Notes under the pieces: generated by a model | Told to the model about the DNA's origin: nothing | Databases searched by the model: none | Seen by the model: only the letters and a program-made list of their open reading frames with translations | Assembly (NCBI GenBank): GCA_947476535.1 | Contig: CANJRC010000002.1 | Span: forward strand, 2,232 to 66,231 | DNA length: 64,000 nt | Source: Betaproteobacteria bacterium | GTDB lineage: Bacteria > Pseudomonadota > Gammaproteobacteria > Burkholderiales > SG8-39 | Reading direction: 5' to 3' | Part shown: positions 42,622 through 52,254 of the stretch, one piece after another | Position numbering within the stretch: position 1 is the stretch's first letter | Layout of the letters: each line of letters begins with the position of its first letter | Translations under genes and position numbers: made by a program

Positions 42622-43725
42622 TCAGGTGGATGCAACCGCCGGTTCGATGGGCAGGATGATCTTGAATACGGTACGTCCGGGTTGGCTGTCGCACTCGATT
42701 GCTCCATGATGATGCTGGACGAACGTCTGCGCCAGCGTGAGTCCCAGGCCGCTGCCGCCCTCGCGGCCGGATACCAGCGGAAAAAACAATGTGTCCTTGA
42801 TGTCGGCCGGAATGCCCGGACCGTTGTCGATCACTTGCAATTCCAATGCCAGGCGATAGCGCCGCTTGGCAAGGGTGACTTGGCGCACCACCCGGGTGCT
42901 GAGCCTGATTCCCGCCCGACCATCGGCCGCCGGGCTTGCGCCAAGGATCGCCTGAGCCGCATTGCGGGTCACGTTCAACACCGCCTGGATGAGTTGCTCG
43001 CGATCGCCCTGGAACTCCGGGATGCTGGTGTCGTAGTCGCGCCGGATGACCAGTCCGGTCGGAAATTCGGCGAGGATCAGGCTGCGCACCCGCTCGCAAA
43101 CCTCGTGGATGTTCATAGTGACGGTATGCGGCGGACGATGCGGCGTCAGCAACCGATCCATGAGGGCCTGAAGACGATCGGCCTCTTTAATGATGACCTG
43201 CGTGTATTCCTTGAGCTCGGCGCGATCCAGTTCCCGTTCGAGCAACTGGGCCGAGCCGCGCAAGCCGCCCAGCGGATTCCTGATTTCGTGAGCGAGATTC
43301 CTGATGAGTTCACGGTTCGCCAAGTGCTGGGTCAGCTGCTGCTCTTCGCGCTCGGCACGAATACGCTGCTCCATCGGGCGAAATTCCAGCATCAAGCCGT
43401 GCTCCGACAGCTCAATGGGCGTCACCAGGCAATTCAGGTAAAGCGTTTCGTGCGCTGGGCGCGACAAGGCAAGGGTCTGGTCCCAAAACCCGCGTTCTTC
43501 GCTCAGCGCCTCGTTGAGGCGGGCTTCAAAGGCACCGGCATTGGAAAACAACTCGCCCAAGCGATGCCCGACCAACGATCGGGAACTCTGTGCCAGCAGG
43601 GTTTCAGTCGCCGGATTCACATATCGCAGGCAGAGGTTGCCATCCAGCACCATGACTGCCGTTGCCAGCAGCTCAAGACCGGCAAAGGTGCGCGCGGGCA
43701 AGGCACGCGTCATGTTGATAGGCAC
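42622..43725 (-). CDS. ntrB: Nitrogen regulation sensor histidine kinase NtrB
   Basis: PAS domain followed by the H-box LAHEIRNPLGG and N/G boxes (DNGPGIP..., GGSGLGL). Confidence 0.9.
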   Translation of the reverse strand: MPINMTRALPARTFAGLELLATAVMVLDGNLCLRYVNPATETLLAQSSRSLVGHRLGELFSNAGAFEARLNEALSEERGFWDQTLALSRPAHETLYLNCLVTPIELSEHGLMLEFRPMEQRIRAEREEQQLTQHLANRELIRNLAHEIRNPLGGLRGSAQLLERELDRAELKEYTQVIIKEADRLQALMDRLLTPHRPPHTVTMNIHEVCERVRSLILAEFPTGLVIRRDYDTSIPEFQGDREQLIQAVLNVTRNAAQAILGASPAADGRAGIRLSTRVVRQVTLAKRRYRLALELQVIDNGPGIPADIKDTLFFPLVSGREGGSGLGLTLAQTFVQHHHGAIECDSQPGRTVFKIILPIEPAVAST

Positions 43726-43779
43726 CGCAGCTTGAGCGGGCTGGCTGGCATTGCGCCATCCTGCAACGCGCGCCAGGTC

Positions 43780-44307
43780 TCAGCGCAGGTTGGAAATTTC
43801 CCGCTTGAGCGCTGCGACGTTTTCTTCGGAACGCCGGACTTCGTCCTGAAAGGGCTTGAGCCGATCGAGCACGCGCTGGTAATTACGCTCATCGCCCTTG
43901 CGAATGGATTCCTGCTCGGCAAGATTCTGTTTTGCCGTGGCAAGTTCCTTCTCCGCGTTTCGCAATTCATCTTCGAGGATGCGACGGCGGTCAGTGTCGC
44001 GCGAGCGCTGCGTGGCGGGTTCGACGCGCGGGGCTGCTGTTTCGCCTCGCGTTGAAGAAGGCTGCGCTGCAGCCTTTGCCGCAGGCTTTGGGGCGGCGGA
44101 TGGCGACGGGGTCGGTGCAGGCACTACCGACACTTCCCGGCTGACCACCGTGCACTTCAAGCCCCCCTTGCCCTCCGTATCGTTGGTATAGGTACTGTGA
44201 CCATTCTGGTCGACGCACCGATAGATCTGCGCCAGCGCAGAATGGCCGCTGCCAGCCAGCAGGAATATCGACAATAGGTACCGCGCAAGAGCCATGAGTG
44301 GAAGCAA
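43780..44307 (-). CDS. DUF4124 domain protein with C-terminal coiled coil
   Basis: Signal peptide, then IYRCVDQNGHSTYTN (DUF4124 signature), a Pro/Ala linker and a charged heptad-like C-terminus. It sits between glnA and ntrB. Confidence 0.7.
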   Translation of the reverse strand: MLPLMALARYLLSIFLLAGSGHSALAQIYRCVDQNGHSTYTNDTEGKGGLKCTVVSREVSVVPAPTPSPSAAPKPAAKAAAQPSSTRGETAAPRVEPATQRSRDTDRRRILEDELRNAEKELATAKQNLAEQESIRKGDERNYQRVLDRLKPFQDEVRRSEENVAALKREISNLR

Positions 44308-44314
44308 GCGTCCG

Positions 44315-44359
44315 CATTTCCAGACTGAACTTTAAGTTTATGGGAAGACTCCCCTGATT
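44315..44359 (+). repeat. Fragmentary copy (E) of the intergenic repeat
   Basis: CATTTCCAGACT...TATGGGAAGACTCCCCTGATT resembles the arm CATTTCAGAAT and core ATGAGAGGATACTCCCCTCAT. Confidence 0.3.
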
Positions 44360-44367
44360 ACAAATGA

Positions 44368-44405
44368 AAAAGGACGAGGAAAAGTACACACTTCCCCGTC
44401 CTTTT
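44368..44405 (-). terminator. Candidate glnA terminator hairpin
   Basis: AAAAGGACG...CGTCCTTTT 9-bp arms around a 20-nt loop. On the minus strand the 3' arm continues into TTTTTCATTT. Confidence 0.4.
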
Positions 44406-44458
44406 CCGGTGCCTCTGGCAACTACCCCTGGGAACGGCCCCCGGGGCGGGTCCAGCAA

Positions 44459-45877
44459 TCAGAGGCTGTAGTACATGTCGAACTCGACCGGATGGGTGGT
44501 CATGCGGAAGCGTGTGACTTCCTCCATCTTGAGGGCAATGTAGGCATCGATGAAGTCGTCGCTGAACACGCCTCCCTTGGTGAGGAACGCGCGATCCTTG
44601 TCCAGCGCCTCGAGTGCCTGGTCCAGGGACGAGCATACGTTCGGCACCTTCTTCGCCTGGGACGGCGGCAGGTCGTACAGGTTCTTGTCGATGGGGTCTC
44701 CGGGGTGGATCTTGTTCTGCACGCCATCCAGGCCCGCCATCAGCAATGCCGAGAACGCGAGGTACGGGTTCGCCGTCGGATCCGGGAAGCGCACTTCGAT
44801 GCGGCGTCCCTTCGGATTGTTGACGAAAGGGATGCGGATAGACGCCGAGCGATTGCGTGCCGAGTAAGCGAGGTTGATCGGCGCTTCGAACCCCGGCACC
44901 AGGCGCTTGTAGCTGTTGGTTCCCGGGTTGGTGATCGCGTTCAACGCCTTGGCATGCTTGATCACGCCACCGATGTAGTACAGCGCCATATCTGACAAGC
45001 CCGAATAGCCGTTGCCTGCGAACAGGTTCTTGCCGTCCTTCCATACCGACTGGTGGACATGCATACCGGATCCGTTGTCGCCGACAACAGGCTTGGGCAT
45101 GAAGGTGGCGGTCTTGCCATAGGCTGCGGCCACATTCCACACCGTGTACTTCAGGATCTGCGTCCAATCAGCACGCTTCACCAGGCTGTTGAACAGCGTG
45201 CCGATTTCGCACTGGCCGGCTGCAGCCACTTCGTGGTGAAACACCTCGACTTCGACACCCTGCGATTCGAGCGCGAGCGACATGGCATTGCGCATATCCT
45301 GCAGCGAATCAACCGGGGCAACCGGGAAATAGCCACCCTTGGTACCGGAACGATGGCCCATGTTGCCGCCCTCATACTCGATGTTGGTCGACCAGGGTGC
45401 CTCTTCCGACTTGATTTTCACCCCGCAGCCCGACATATCCACGTTCCAGGTCACGCCATCGAAAACAAAGAATTCCGGCTCAGGACCGAAATAAGCCACG
45501 TCGCCCAAGCCGCTCGACTTCAGGAAGGATTCCGCGCGCTTGGCCAGCGAACGCGGGTCGCGGTCATAGCCCTTCATGTCCGACGGCTCGAGCACGTCGC
45601 AGGTGACATTGAGGGTCAGCTCGTCGGTAAATGGATCGAGGCGGACCGAATCGGGATCGGGCAAGAGCAGCATGTCTGATGCCTCGATACCCTTCCAGCC
45701 AGCGATCGAAGAACCATCGAAGGCGTGCCCGGACTCGAACTTGTCATTCGTGAACTGCTTGGCCGGCACCTGCACGTGCTGCTCCTTGCCGCGCGTATCG
45801 GTAAAACGAAGGTCAACGAACTTGACCTCCTTGTCCTTGATCATCTTGAGTACATCATTGACAGACAGTGACATCAC
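44459..45877 (-). CDS. glnA: Glutamine synthetase, type I
   Basis: [10 protein letters not shown]..., GSGMHVHQS, the NLYDLPP adenylylation-site Tyr context, ends ...EFDMYYSL. Confidence 0.95.
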   Translation of the reverse strand: MMSLSVNDVLKMIKDKEVKFVDLRFTDTRGKEQHVQVPAKQFTNDKFESGHAFDGSSIAGWKGIEASDMLLLPDPDSVRLDPFTDELTLNVTCDVLEPSDMKGYDRDPRSLAKRAESFLKSSGLGDVAYFGPEPEFFVFDGVTWNVDMSGCGVKIKSEEAPWSTNIEYEGGNMGHRSGTKGGYFPVAPVDSLQDMRNAMSLALESQGVEVEVFHHEVAAAGQCEIGTLFNSLVKRADWTQILKYTVWNVAAAYGKTATFMPKPVVGDNGSGMHVHQSVWKDGKNLFAGNGYSGLSDMALYYIGGVIKHAKALNAITNPGTNSYKRLVPGFEAPINLAYSARNRSASIRIPFVNNPKGRRIEVRFPDPTANPYLAFSALLMAGLDGVQNKIHPGDPIDKNLYDLPPSQAKKVPNVCSSLDQALEALDKDRAFLTKGGVFSDDFIDAYIALKMEEVTRFRMTTHPVEFDMYYSL

Positions 45878-45972
45878 AAACTCTCCTGAGAGGGAATTGA
45901 GTAATTACCGGGAAGAAAACCAAGGGCCTTCAAAACGACGCCTGAACTGACAGCCTAGACGCGACAGGATTC

Positions 45973-45988
45973 AGCAGAAAATGTGCCA
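45973..45988 (-). promoter_or_regulatory. Sigma-54 (-24/-12) promoter of glnA (glnAp2-like)
   Basis: The minus strand reads TGGCAC-ATTTT-CTGCT with correct GG-N10-GC spacing, about 95 nt upstream of the glnA ATG. Confidence 0.65.
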
Positions 45989-46062
45989 AAGAACGTTTCC
46001 TGCCCCATCCACATGGATATTGCCTCGCTTCCGGGGCGCTGTCGGTCGATGGAGACCCACCT

Positions 46063-46079
46063 TGCACCGGCTGAATGCA
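46063..46079 (-). promoter_or_regulatory. Candidate NtrC enhancer site
   Basis: The minus strand reads TGCATT-CAGCC-GGTGCA against consensus TGCACC-N5-GGTGCA, about 80 nt upstream of the sigma-54 element. Confidence 0.45.
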
Positions 46080-46167
46080 CGACAATCCACGACTGTCGAA
46101 TAAATACGACTGGCCATTTTTCAAATGGCGTGCAGATTGTGCCACAAGCCACAATCGGGCTCCTACA

Positions 46168-46184
46168 CGCACCGTAATAGTGCT
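46168..46184. promoter_or_regulatory. Second, weaker candidate NtrC site
   Basis: CGCACC-GTAAT-AGTGCT, an imperfect dyad with the same architecture. Confidence 0.3.
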
Positions 46185-46284
46185 GATTCAACACCTTCCG
46201 CCTCATTTTGGGGCGTAAGCGCGGTTTCCTGCCACTTTTTTTTACCATGCCGGCAGACTACACTCCCCGACTTCATATCATCGG

Positions 46285-46752
46285 ATGTTAATGCACATGG
46301 ACTCTCCACAATCGTTTCTCGACCGCGCAGCTGCTCGCGGTAAAGCCGCGGGCCTCACTTATGCCGGCGCCATGCTGCCACGTGAAGCATTCGATTACCT
46401 GAAACAAAATCCTGCGGCCAGGCTGGTGGACGTGCGAACCGACTCTGAGTGGACCTGGGTCGGGCACGTGCAGGATTCCGTCCTCATCGAATGGAACACC
46501 TGGCCCAGCGGCGAGCAAAACGAAAAGTTCATCGACGAACTCAAGGCCGCGGTCCCATCCATGGATTCGCCAATCCTGTTCCTATGCCGATCCGGAGCAC
46601 GCTCGCACCGTGCCGCCATTGCCGCCACCGAAGCCGGCTACACCACCTGCTTCAACGTGCTGGAGGGATTCGAAGGCGACCGCGACAAGAACGATCATCG
46701 CAACAGCGTTGGCGGCTGGCGCTTTGCCGGGCTACCGTGGATACAGAGCTAA
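46285..46752 (+). CDS. Rhodanese-like domain protein (sulfurtransferase)
   Basis: LVDVRTDSEW...ILFLCRSGARS (active-site Cys loop)...GGWRFAGLPW. Confidence 0.8.
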   Translation: MLMHMDSPQSFLDRAAARGKAAGLTYAGAMLPREAFDYLKQNPAARLVDVRTDSEWTWVGHVQDSVLIEWNTWPSGEQNEKFIDELKAAVPSMDSPILFLCRSGARSHRAAIAATEAGYTTCFNVLEGFEGDRDKNDHRNSVGGWRFAGLPWIQS

Positions 46753-46754
46753 GA

Positions 46755-46832
46755 GGCCATTTCAGAATGACCAAAATGCCCCCCCCCAAAAAGCAGGGGA
46801 GCTCTAGGGGAGTATCCCCTCGATTCTGAAAT
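46755..46832 (-). repeat. Intergenic palindromic repeat, copy D (complete; opposite orientation to A)
   Basis: Perfect 10-bp terminal inverted repeats ATTTCAGAAT (46759-46768) and ATTCTGAAAT (46823-46832). They flank a C9 run, AGGGGAGC, and the hairpin AGGGGA-GTA-TCCCCT. The reverse complement aligns with copy A (GAGGGGATACTCCCCTAGAGCTCCCCTGCTTTTTGGGGG vs GAGAGGATACTCCCCTCATGCTCCCCTACTCCGGGGG). Confidence 0.7.
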
Positions 46833-46859
46833 CAGCGCTGAGGATGGGCTCTTGGTCGG

Positions 46860-47684
46860 TTAGCCCGCAGTCCAACTCACCATGCCAGTCCACGCAGTAA
46901 GCAGCACAACCAAACCGAAAATGATCCGGTACCAGGCGAAAACCCTGAAATCGTGACTGGCGATATAGCGCAGCAGCCAGCGCACGCACAGGAACGCCGA
47001 AAGAAACGCTGCGATCGACCCGACACCGAACATGGCGACGTCGTCTGCTGATAGCAGCGCGCGATTCTTGTAGAGGTCGTAGAGCCCGGCCGCTACTAGC
47101 GTCGGCACGGCAAGGAAGAATGAAAACTCGGTCGCTGCACGACGCGACAGCCCGAACAGCATTCCACCAATAATGGTGGCCCCGGAGCGCGAGGTGCCGG
47201 GAATCAAAGCAAAGGCCTGGGCGAACCCGACCTTGAGCGCATCGCGCCAGTCCATGGCATCCACGCTCTCGATCCGCGGCGTGCGCTCGCGACGCTCGAC
47301 CCACAGGATGATGACGCCACCAATGATGAACGCCAGCGCAACCGGCACCGGCTTGAAAAGCACCGACTTGATGAGCTTGCTGAACGCGAGACCGAGCACG
47401 GCGGCGGGCATGAATGCAACGAGGAGATTGGTCACGAAGCGGCGCGCCTCGCGTTGCGACCCGATGCCGGTGAGTACACTCCAGAAACGCAGACGGTATT
47501 CCCAGACGATGGCCAGCATTGCCCCCGTCTGAATGACGATCTCGAACACCTTGCCCTTGTCGTCATTGAAGTCGAGCAGGTCACCGGCGAGGATCAGGTG
47601 GCCGGTGGAGGAGACGGGAAGGAATTCGGTCAGGCCTTCGACGACACCGAGGATGAGGGCCTTGACGATAAGGAGGATATCCAT
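46860..47684 (-). CDS. uppP: Undecaprenyl-diphosphate phosphatase
   Basis: [19 protein letters not shown]...[10 protein letters not shown] are canonical BacA/UppP motifs. Confidence 0.93.
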   Translation of the reverse strand: MDILLIVKALILGVVEGLTEFLPVSSTGHLILAGDLLDFNDDKGKVFEIVIQTGAMLAIVWEYRLRFWSVLTGIGSQREARRFVTNLLVAFMPAAVLGLAFSKLIKSVLFKPVPVALAFIIGGVIILWVERRERTPRIESVDAMDWRDALKVGFAQAFALIPGTSRSGATIIGGMLFGLSRRAATEFSFFLAVPTLVAAGLYDLYKNRALLSADDVAMFGVGSIAAFLSAFLCVRWLLRYIASHDFRVFAWYRIIFGLVVLLTAWTGMVSWTAG

Positions 47685-47773
47685 GCGCGCGCCATTCTAC
47701 CGTGCTCCGATGGCCCAATTTGACATCACACTGACGTCCGCAGCAGTGTGTTGATGAATTGAAACTGCAGCCG

Positions 47774-48361
47774 CTATGCAATCAGCGGCCACTGCTTGTC
47801 CAGGCTCTCTGTGGGCATGCGCTTGAACCCGCTCTTGGCAAACTGGTGCCAGCGACCGATCACGTAGCACAGGATCAGGTTTGCGCGCGGGCCAGGGTCG
47901 GCGTCGCTGCCGTCACCCGGCGTGCCCTGGGTCGACGCCACGCGCAGACACTGCTTGAGCGTCGCCTCGATGCGGTCGAACAACTGGTTGATGCGCACCT
48001 GTAGGCGCTCATCCTCATTCACCAGTGCATCCCCGAGCAGCACGCGCGTCATGCCGGGATTCTTTTCGGCAAACCCGAGCAGCATGGACACGATGGCATG
48101 CAACTGCTTGAGCCCGTTGTCCTGTTCCCCAGTGATCTTGTTTGCCAGGCCGAAGATCGAGCTTTCAATAAATTCGATCAGCCCTTCGAACATCTGCGCC
48201 TTGCTTGCGAAATGCCGGTAAAGCGCCGCCTCCGACACGCTCAGCTTGGCTGCCAGTGCGGCCGTGGTGATGCGTTCACCCTTCGGATGCTGCAGCATTT
48301 GTGCGAGCACCTGCAGAATCTGGAGCTTGCGCTCGCCCGGTTTGAGCCGTGTCGTGGCCAT
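47774..48361 (-). CDS. slmA: TetR-family regulator, SlmA-like nucleoid occlusion factor
   Basis: ERITTAALAAKLSVSEAALYRHFASKAQMFEGLIEFIESS...GFAEKNPGMTRVL...RINQLFDRIEATLKQ closely parallels E. coli SlmA as I recall it. The start was trimmed to the ATG at 48361, preceded by GGAGG. Confidence 0.7.
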   Translation of the reverse strand: MATTRLKPGERKLQILQVLAQMLQHPKGERITTAALAAKLSVSEAALYRHFASKAQMFEGLIEFIESSIFGLANKITGEQDNGLKQLHAIVSMLLGFAEKNPGMTRVLLGDALVNEDERLQVRINQLFDRIEATLKQCLRVASTQGTPGDGSDADPGPRANLILCYVIGRWHQFAKSGFKRMPTESLDKQWPLIA

Positions 48362-48443
48362 GTCGCCTCCTGTATCGTTTTCGCGCCCGTTGATGTCCGA
48401 TTCTATGCCAAGGGGTGAGTGCTTGCTTGCTTGGAGTTCCCTG

Positions 48444-49091
48444 TCATCCATTGACCCTTGCGACAGCACGTGGAAGCGCCAGGACCGAACTCAATTTCAG
48501 GTCCAGCCACGGGGGGTGCCGCGAGTCTCGCGTGATCCACACGGTCTTCATGCCCAGCCTGCGCGCCGTGACAAGGTTCGGCAGGGAGTCCTCCACGAGA
48601 ACGCTGCGCTCGGCCTGCAAGCGCTCCCGATGCAGCAGGGCACGAAACCCGCCAGCCATGGGCTTGGGCTGGAAGCGCGTGCTCTCAATGGTGTAGACAG
48701 CATCGAACAGGTCACCGATGCCAAGTACGTCGAGCACCGCCTGCGCGTAGTGCGCCGGTGAGTTGGAGAACAGGATCTTGCGACCCGCCAGGCGCCGCAG
48801 GCAGTGGCGCAGTCCAGCGTCGGCCACCACGGTGCGCTCCAGGTCCGGAAACTGGTGCGTATGCCACAGGAAGTGATGCGGGTCGACATCGTGATGGCGC
48901 ATCAGGCCCAGCAGGGTGGCGCCGTACGCATGCCAGTAGCGCTGCCGCAGGGCGCTCGCCGCCGCCTCCTCCAAATCGAGGTGACGCATGATGTACTCGG
49001 TCATGCTGCGATTCAGGTGCGGGAAGATATGCCCCGTGGCCTGGTGCAGGGTATCGTCCAGGTCGAAAATCCAGGCTAGCTTTCGGGTCAT
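48444..49091 (-). CDS. HAD-superfamily pyrimidine 5'-nucleotidase
   Basis: WIFDLDDTLH (HAD motif I), ILFSNSP (motif II), VEDSLPNL (motif IV region). Confidence 0.75.
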   Translation of the reverse strand: MTRKLAWIFDLDDTLHQATGHIFPHLNRSMTEYIMRHLDLEEAAASALRQRYWHAYGATLLGLMRHHDVDPHHFLWHTHQFPDLERTVVADAGLRHCLRRLAGRKILFSNSPAHYAQAVLDVLGIGDLFDAVYTIESTRFQPKPMAGGFRALLHRERLQAERSVLVEDSLPNLVTARRLGMKTVWITRDSRHPPWLDLKLSSVLALPRAVARVNG

Positions 49092-49144
49092 TGGGTGCCC
49101 CTTGCCATGCTCTCTCTGACGACTGGCCCTACAATCGCATTCAT

Positions 49145-49603
49145 ATGCAGCTCACCGCAAATTTCCTGCTGACGCATTTCACCGCTTCGGAGACGGCTGA
49201 GCGCAGCACCATCGACAATTCGCCGCCGCCCGATGTTCTGGCCAATCTCGCCCGCCTGGCTGCGGGACTGGAGGAGGTGCAAGCGTTGCTCGGGGCGCCA
49301 ATCAATATTTCCAGCGGCTATCGATGCCCTGGACTCAACCGGGCCGTCGGCGGATCGGCAACATCCCAGCACGTACTGGGCATGGCGGCGGACTTCACCT
49401 GCGAAGCCTTCGGGACGCCGATCGCGATCGCGGCCGCAATCCAGGCCTCCGACATCGCCTTCGATCAGTGCATTCTTGAGTTCAACCGTTGGGTGCATAT
49501 TTCTTTCTCGCCAAACCCGCGGGGTCGTGTGTTGAGCATCTATGACAGCCGCGAGGGCTATCTGGAAGGGCTGCGAGGTACCGACGGAAACCTGATCGCG
49601 TAG
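49145..49603 (+). CDS. Peptidase M15A family zinc D-Ala-D-Ala carboxypeptidase-like protein (phage endolysin-type fold)
   Basis: SGYRCPGLNRAVGGSATSQHVLGMAADF...WVHISF carries the H/D/H metal triad pattern of Peptidase_M15_3. No signal peptide is evident. The start was trimmed to the ATG at 49145. Confidence 0.75.
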   Translation: MQLTANFLLTHFTASETAERSTIDNSPPPDVLANLARLAAGLEEVQALLGAPINISSGYRCPGLNRAVGGSATSQHVLGMAADFTCEAFGTPIAIAAAIQASDIAFDQCILEFNRWVHISFSPNPRGRVLSIYDSREGYLEGLRGTDGNLIA

Positions 49604-49643
49604 CAATCAAAAAGAGGTGGCGAAGAGCGCAGCACGGTCAACA

Positions 49644-50624
<981 letters not shown>

Positions 50625-50654
50625 CTAACGATCGTCATCGCGACGGCAAGGAGA

Positions 50655-50687
50655 GCGGCCGGTCCGGGCATCCCCGGAACCGGCCGC
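50655..50687 (-). terminator. Strong GC hairpin 3' of hsp20
   Basis: GCGGCCGGTCCGGG-CATC-CCCGGA(A)CCGGCCGC, a 14-bp stem with one bulge. No U-tract follows. Confidence 0.4.
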
Positions 50688-50713
50688 GGTACTGCACTGC
50701 CTGGAAGTACGCC

Positions 50714-51148
50714 TTACTGGATGGTGATCTGCTTCGCCGCCACGGACTGCTTTCGCGGCAATGTCAGTTCTAGCACGCCGTTTTCGAACTTGGCGACAAC
50801 ACGCGCATCGTCCAGTTCAGCGCCCAGGGTAAAGGTGCGCGCCACCTTGCCGTAGTAACGTTCGCTGTGTAGTACGCGCTCGCCGTCCTTGGCTTCACGC
50901 TCGACACGGGTCTCGGCCGAAATCGATACCTGGTCGCCATCGATCTGCACCTTGATGTCTTCTTTCTTCACGCCAGGCAACTCGGCCAGCACCTTGAACT
51001 CGCCGTTTTGCTCCAGCACGTCGATGCGGGCGCGTCGTACCTGCTCCTGGCTCTCCAGGTTCGCAGCCGTCACTGGGCGCACAAAAAAGCCCTTCAGCAA
51101 ATCGTCGAACATATCCGTCACCGGATCGAATCGGGTAATGTTGCGCAT
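50714..51148 (-). CDS. Hsp20/alpha-crystallin family small heat-shock protein
   Basis: ACD core IDVLEQNGEFKVLAELPGVKKEDIKVQIDGDQVSISAE...FTLGAELD...ENGVLELTLPRK. SD GAAGGAG. Confidence 0.9.
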   Translation of the reverse strand: MRNITRFDPVTDMFDDLLKGFFVRPVTAANLESQEQVRRARIDVLEQNGEFKVLAELPGVKKEDIKVQIDGDQVSISAETRVEREAKDGERVLHSERYYGKVARTFTLGAELDDARVVAKFENGVLELTLPRKQSVAAKQITIQ

Positions 51149-51207
51149 GGTCGCTCTCCTTCAATGGGTCGAAATTCGGATCGAGGGACATTCCCTCATG
51201 AACAGGA

Positions 51208-51235
51208 AAATGGGGCATGCCCCGGGCAATTCAAG
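51208..51235 (-). promoter_or_regulatory. Sigma-32 (RpoH)-type heat-shock promoter of hsp20
   Basis: The minus strand reads CTTGAAT-13 nt-CCCCATTT, against the E. coli consensus CTTGAAA-N13/14-CCCCATNT. Confidence 0.65.
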
Positions 51236-51334
51236 TCGCCCGGCGTCGAAAGCCTATGGCGGGGCCAAAAATATTTACCCGCCGGAAGGCCTTGAAATCC
51301 CACAATTGCATCCCTATACCACGGGGTTCACCTG

Positions 51335-51550
51335 ATGAAGGGTCACCCCATGGACGTCGAACCGGGCGCGGAATCCCCTGCCATCTGCCCTCGCTGCAAG
51401 AAAACTTTCGGGTGCGGCGCACGCGCCGAAGGCTGCTGGTGCGAGGCACTGCCTGTCCTGGTATCCCCGGATCCCGCCAAGGGATGTTATTGCCCGGCCT
51501 GCCTCAGGCTGCTCGCAGCACCAGCTCCCGCCGCCACGGCAAACAATTAG
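51335..51550 (+). CDS. Cysteine-rich CWC family protein
   Basis: The 71-aa ORF has CPRCKKTFGCG...GCWCEALP...CYCPACL, the spacing I associate with the Cys_rich_CWC family. Confidence 0.55.
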   Translation: MKGHPMDVEPGAESPAICPRCKKTFGCGARAEGCWCEALPVLVSPDPAKGCYCPACLRLLAAPAPAATANN

Positions 51551-51636
51551 GGTGCCTAACAGGATTGGAGTGAGGCGATCGCATCAAGGATGCGCGAGGG
51601 GACGGCCCCGCGCATTGTTCGGCACATCAGGCAGCA

Positions 51637-52131
51637 CTATTTCTTTTCCATGACGTGTCCCGCATGCGCGTCGCTCTCCGATGCGGCAGCAACGGCAGCG
51701 TCCTGTACAGCCAATTCCACCTTCACCTCCCCGGCCCGCTGGAACACCAGCGTAAGTGGCACGCGCTCGTCCTTCTTGAGCGGGCGTTTGAGTTCCTGCA
51801 GCATGACGTGCAGTCCGCCAGGCGCAAGCTTGACGGTCGCGCCCGGCGCAATATCGACCGCCGGCACCGCGCGCATGCGCATGACATTGCCGTCCATGCT
51901 CATGGAATGCAGCTCGACCAGCCCCGCAGCCGGGCTGAAGGCCCGCAACAGCTTGTCGGCCGCCTTGCCCTTGTTGTCGATGCTGAGATAGGCGCCGGCC
52001 GTGGTGGCGCCAGGTGGGGTCGTGCGAGTGTAGGGGTGGCCTATCTGCAAGTCGCCCACCTTGTAGTCGTGAGCCTGCGCGGTGAATGCTGCGAGTACTG
52101 AGGCAGCAAACAGAATTGTCTTGAAAATCAT
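51637..52131 (-). CDS. Periplasmic copper chaperone PCu(A)C (DUF461)
   Basis: Signal peptide, then HPYTR..., H-x-M...M...H-x-M pattern (LHSMSMDGNVMRMR...GGLHVML), and a His/Met tail DAHAGHVM. Confidence 0.8.
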   Translation of the reverse strand: MIFKTILFAASVLAAFTAQAHDYKVGDLQIGHPYTRTTPPGATTAGAYLSIDNKGKAADKLLRAFSPAAGLVELHSMSMDGNVMRMRAVPAVDIAPGATVKLAPGGLHVMLQELKRPLKKDERVPLTLVFQRAGEVKVELAVQDAAVAAASESDAHAGHVMEKK

Positions 52132-52254
52132 CGTGAAAATTCCTTATCCGGACCCTGCGCGATTACTCCAAACGCCCACGAACGGCCGAGCGCAATGGCG
52201 CGGATTGTCACACAGTACGCGCGCACCGCAAACCCGTGAACCGAAGTACGTAGG

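Noticed and set aside
46127-46144. Second TGGCAC on the minus strand upstream of glnA (TGGCACAATCTGCAC).
   Set aside because: The GG-to-GC spacing is 8 nt, not 10, so it does not fit a -24/-12 promoter. It may be part of an NtrC-like dyad instead.
46779-46787. C9 homopolymer as a possible phase-variation tract.
   Set aside because: It lies inside repeat copy D between two convergent gene ends, not in a promoter or coding region.
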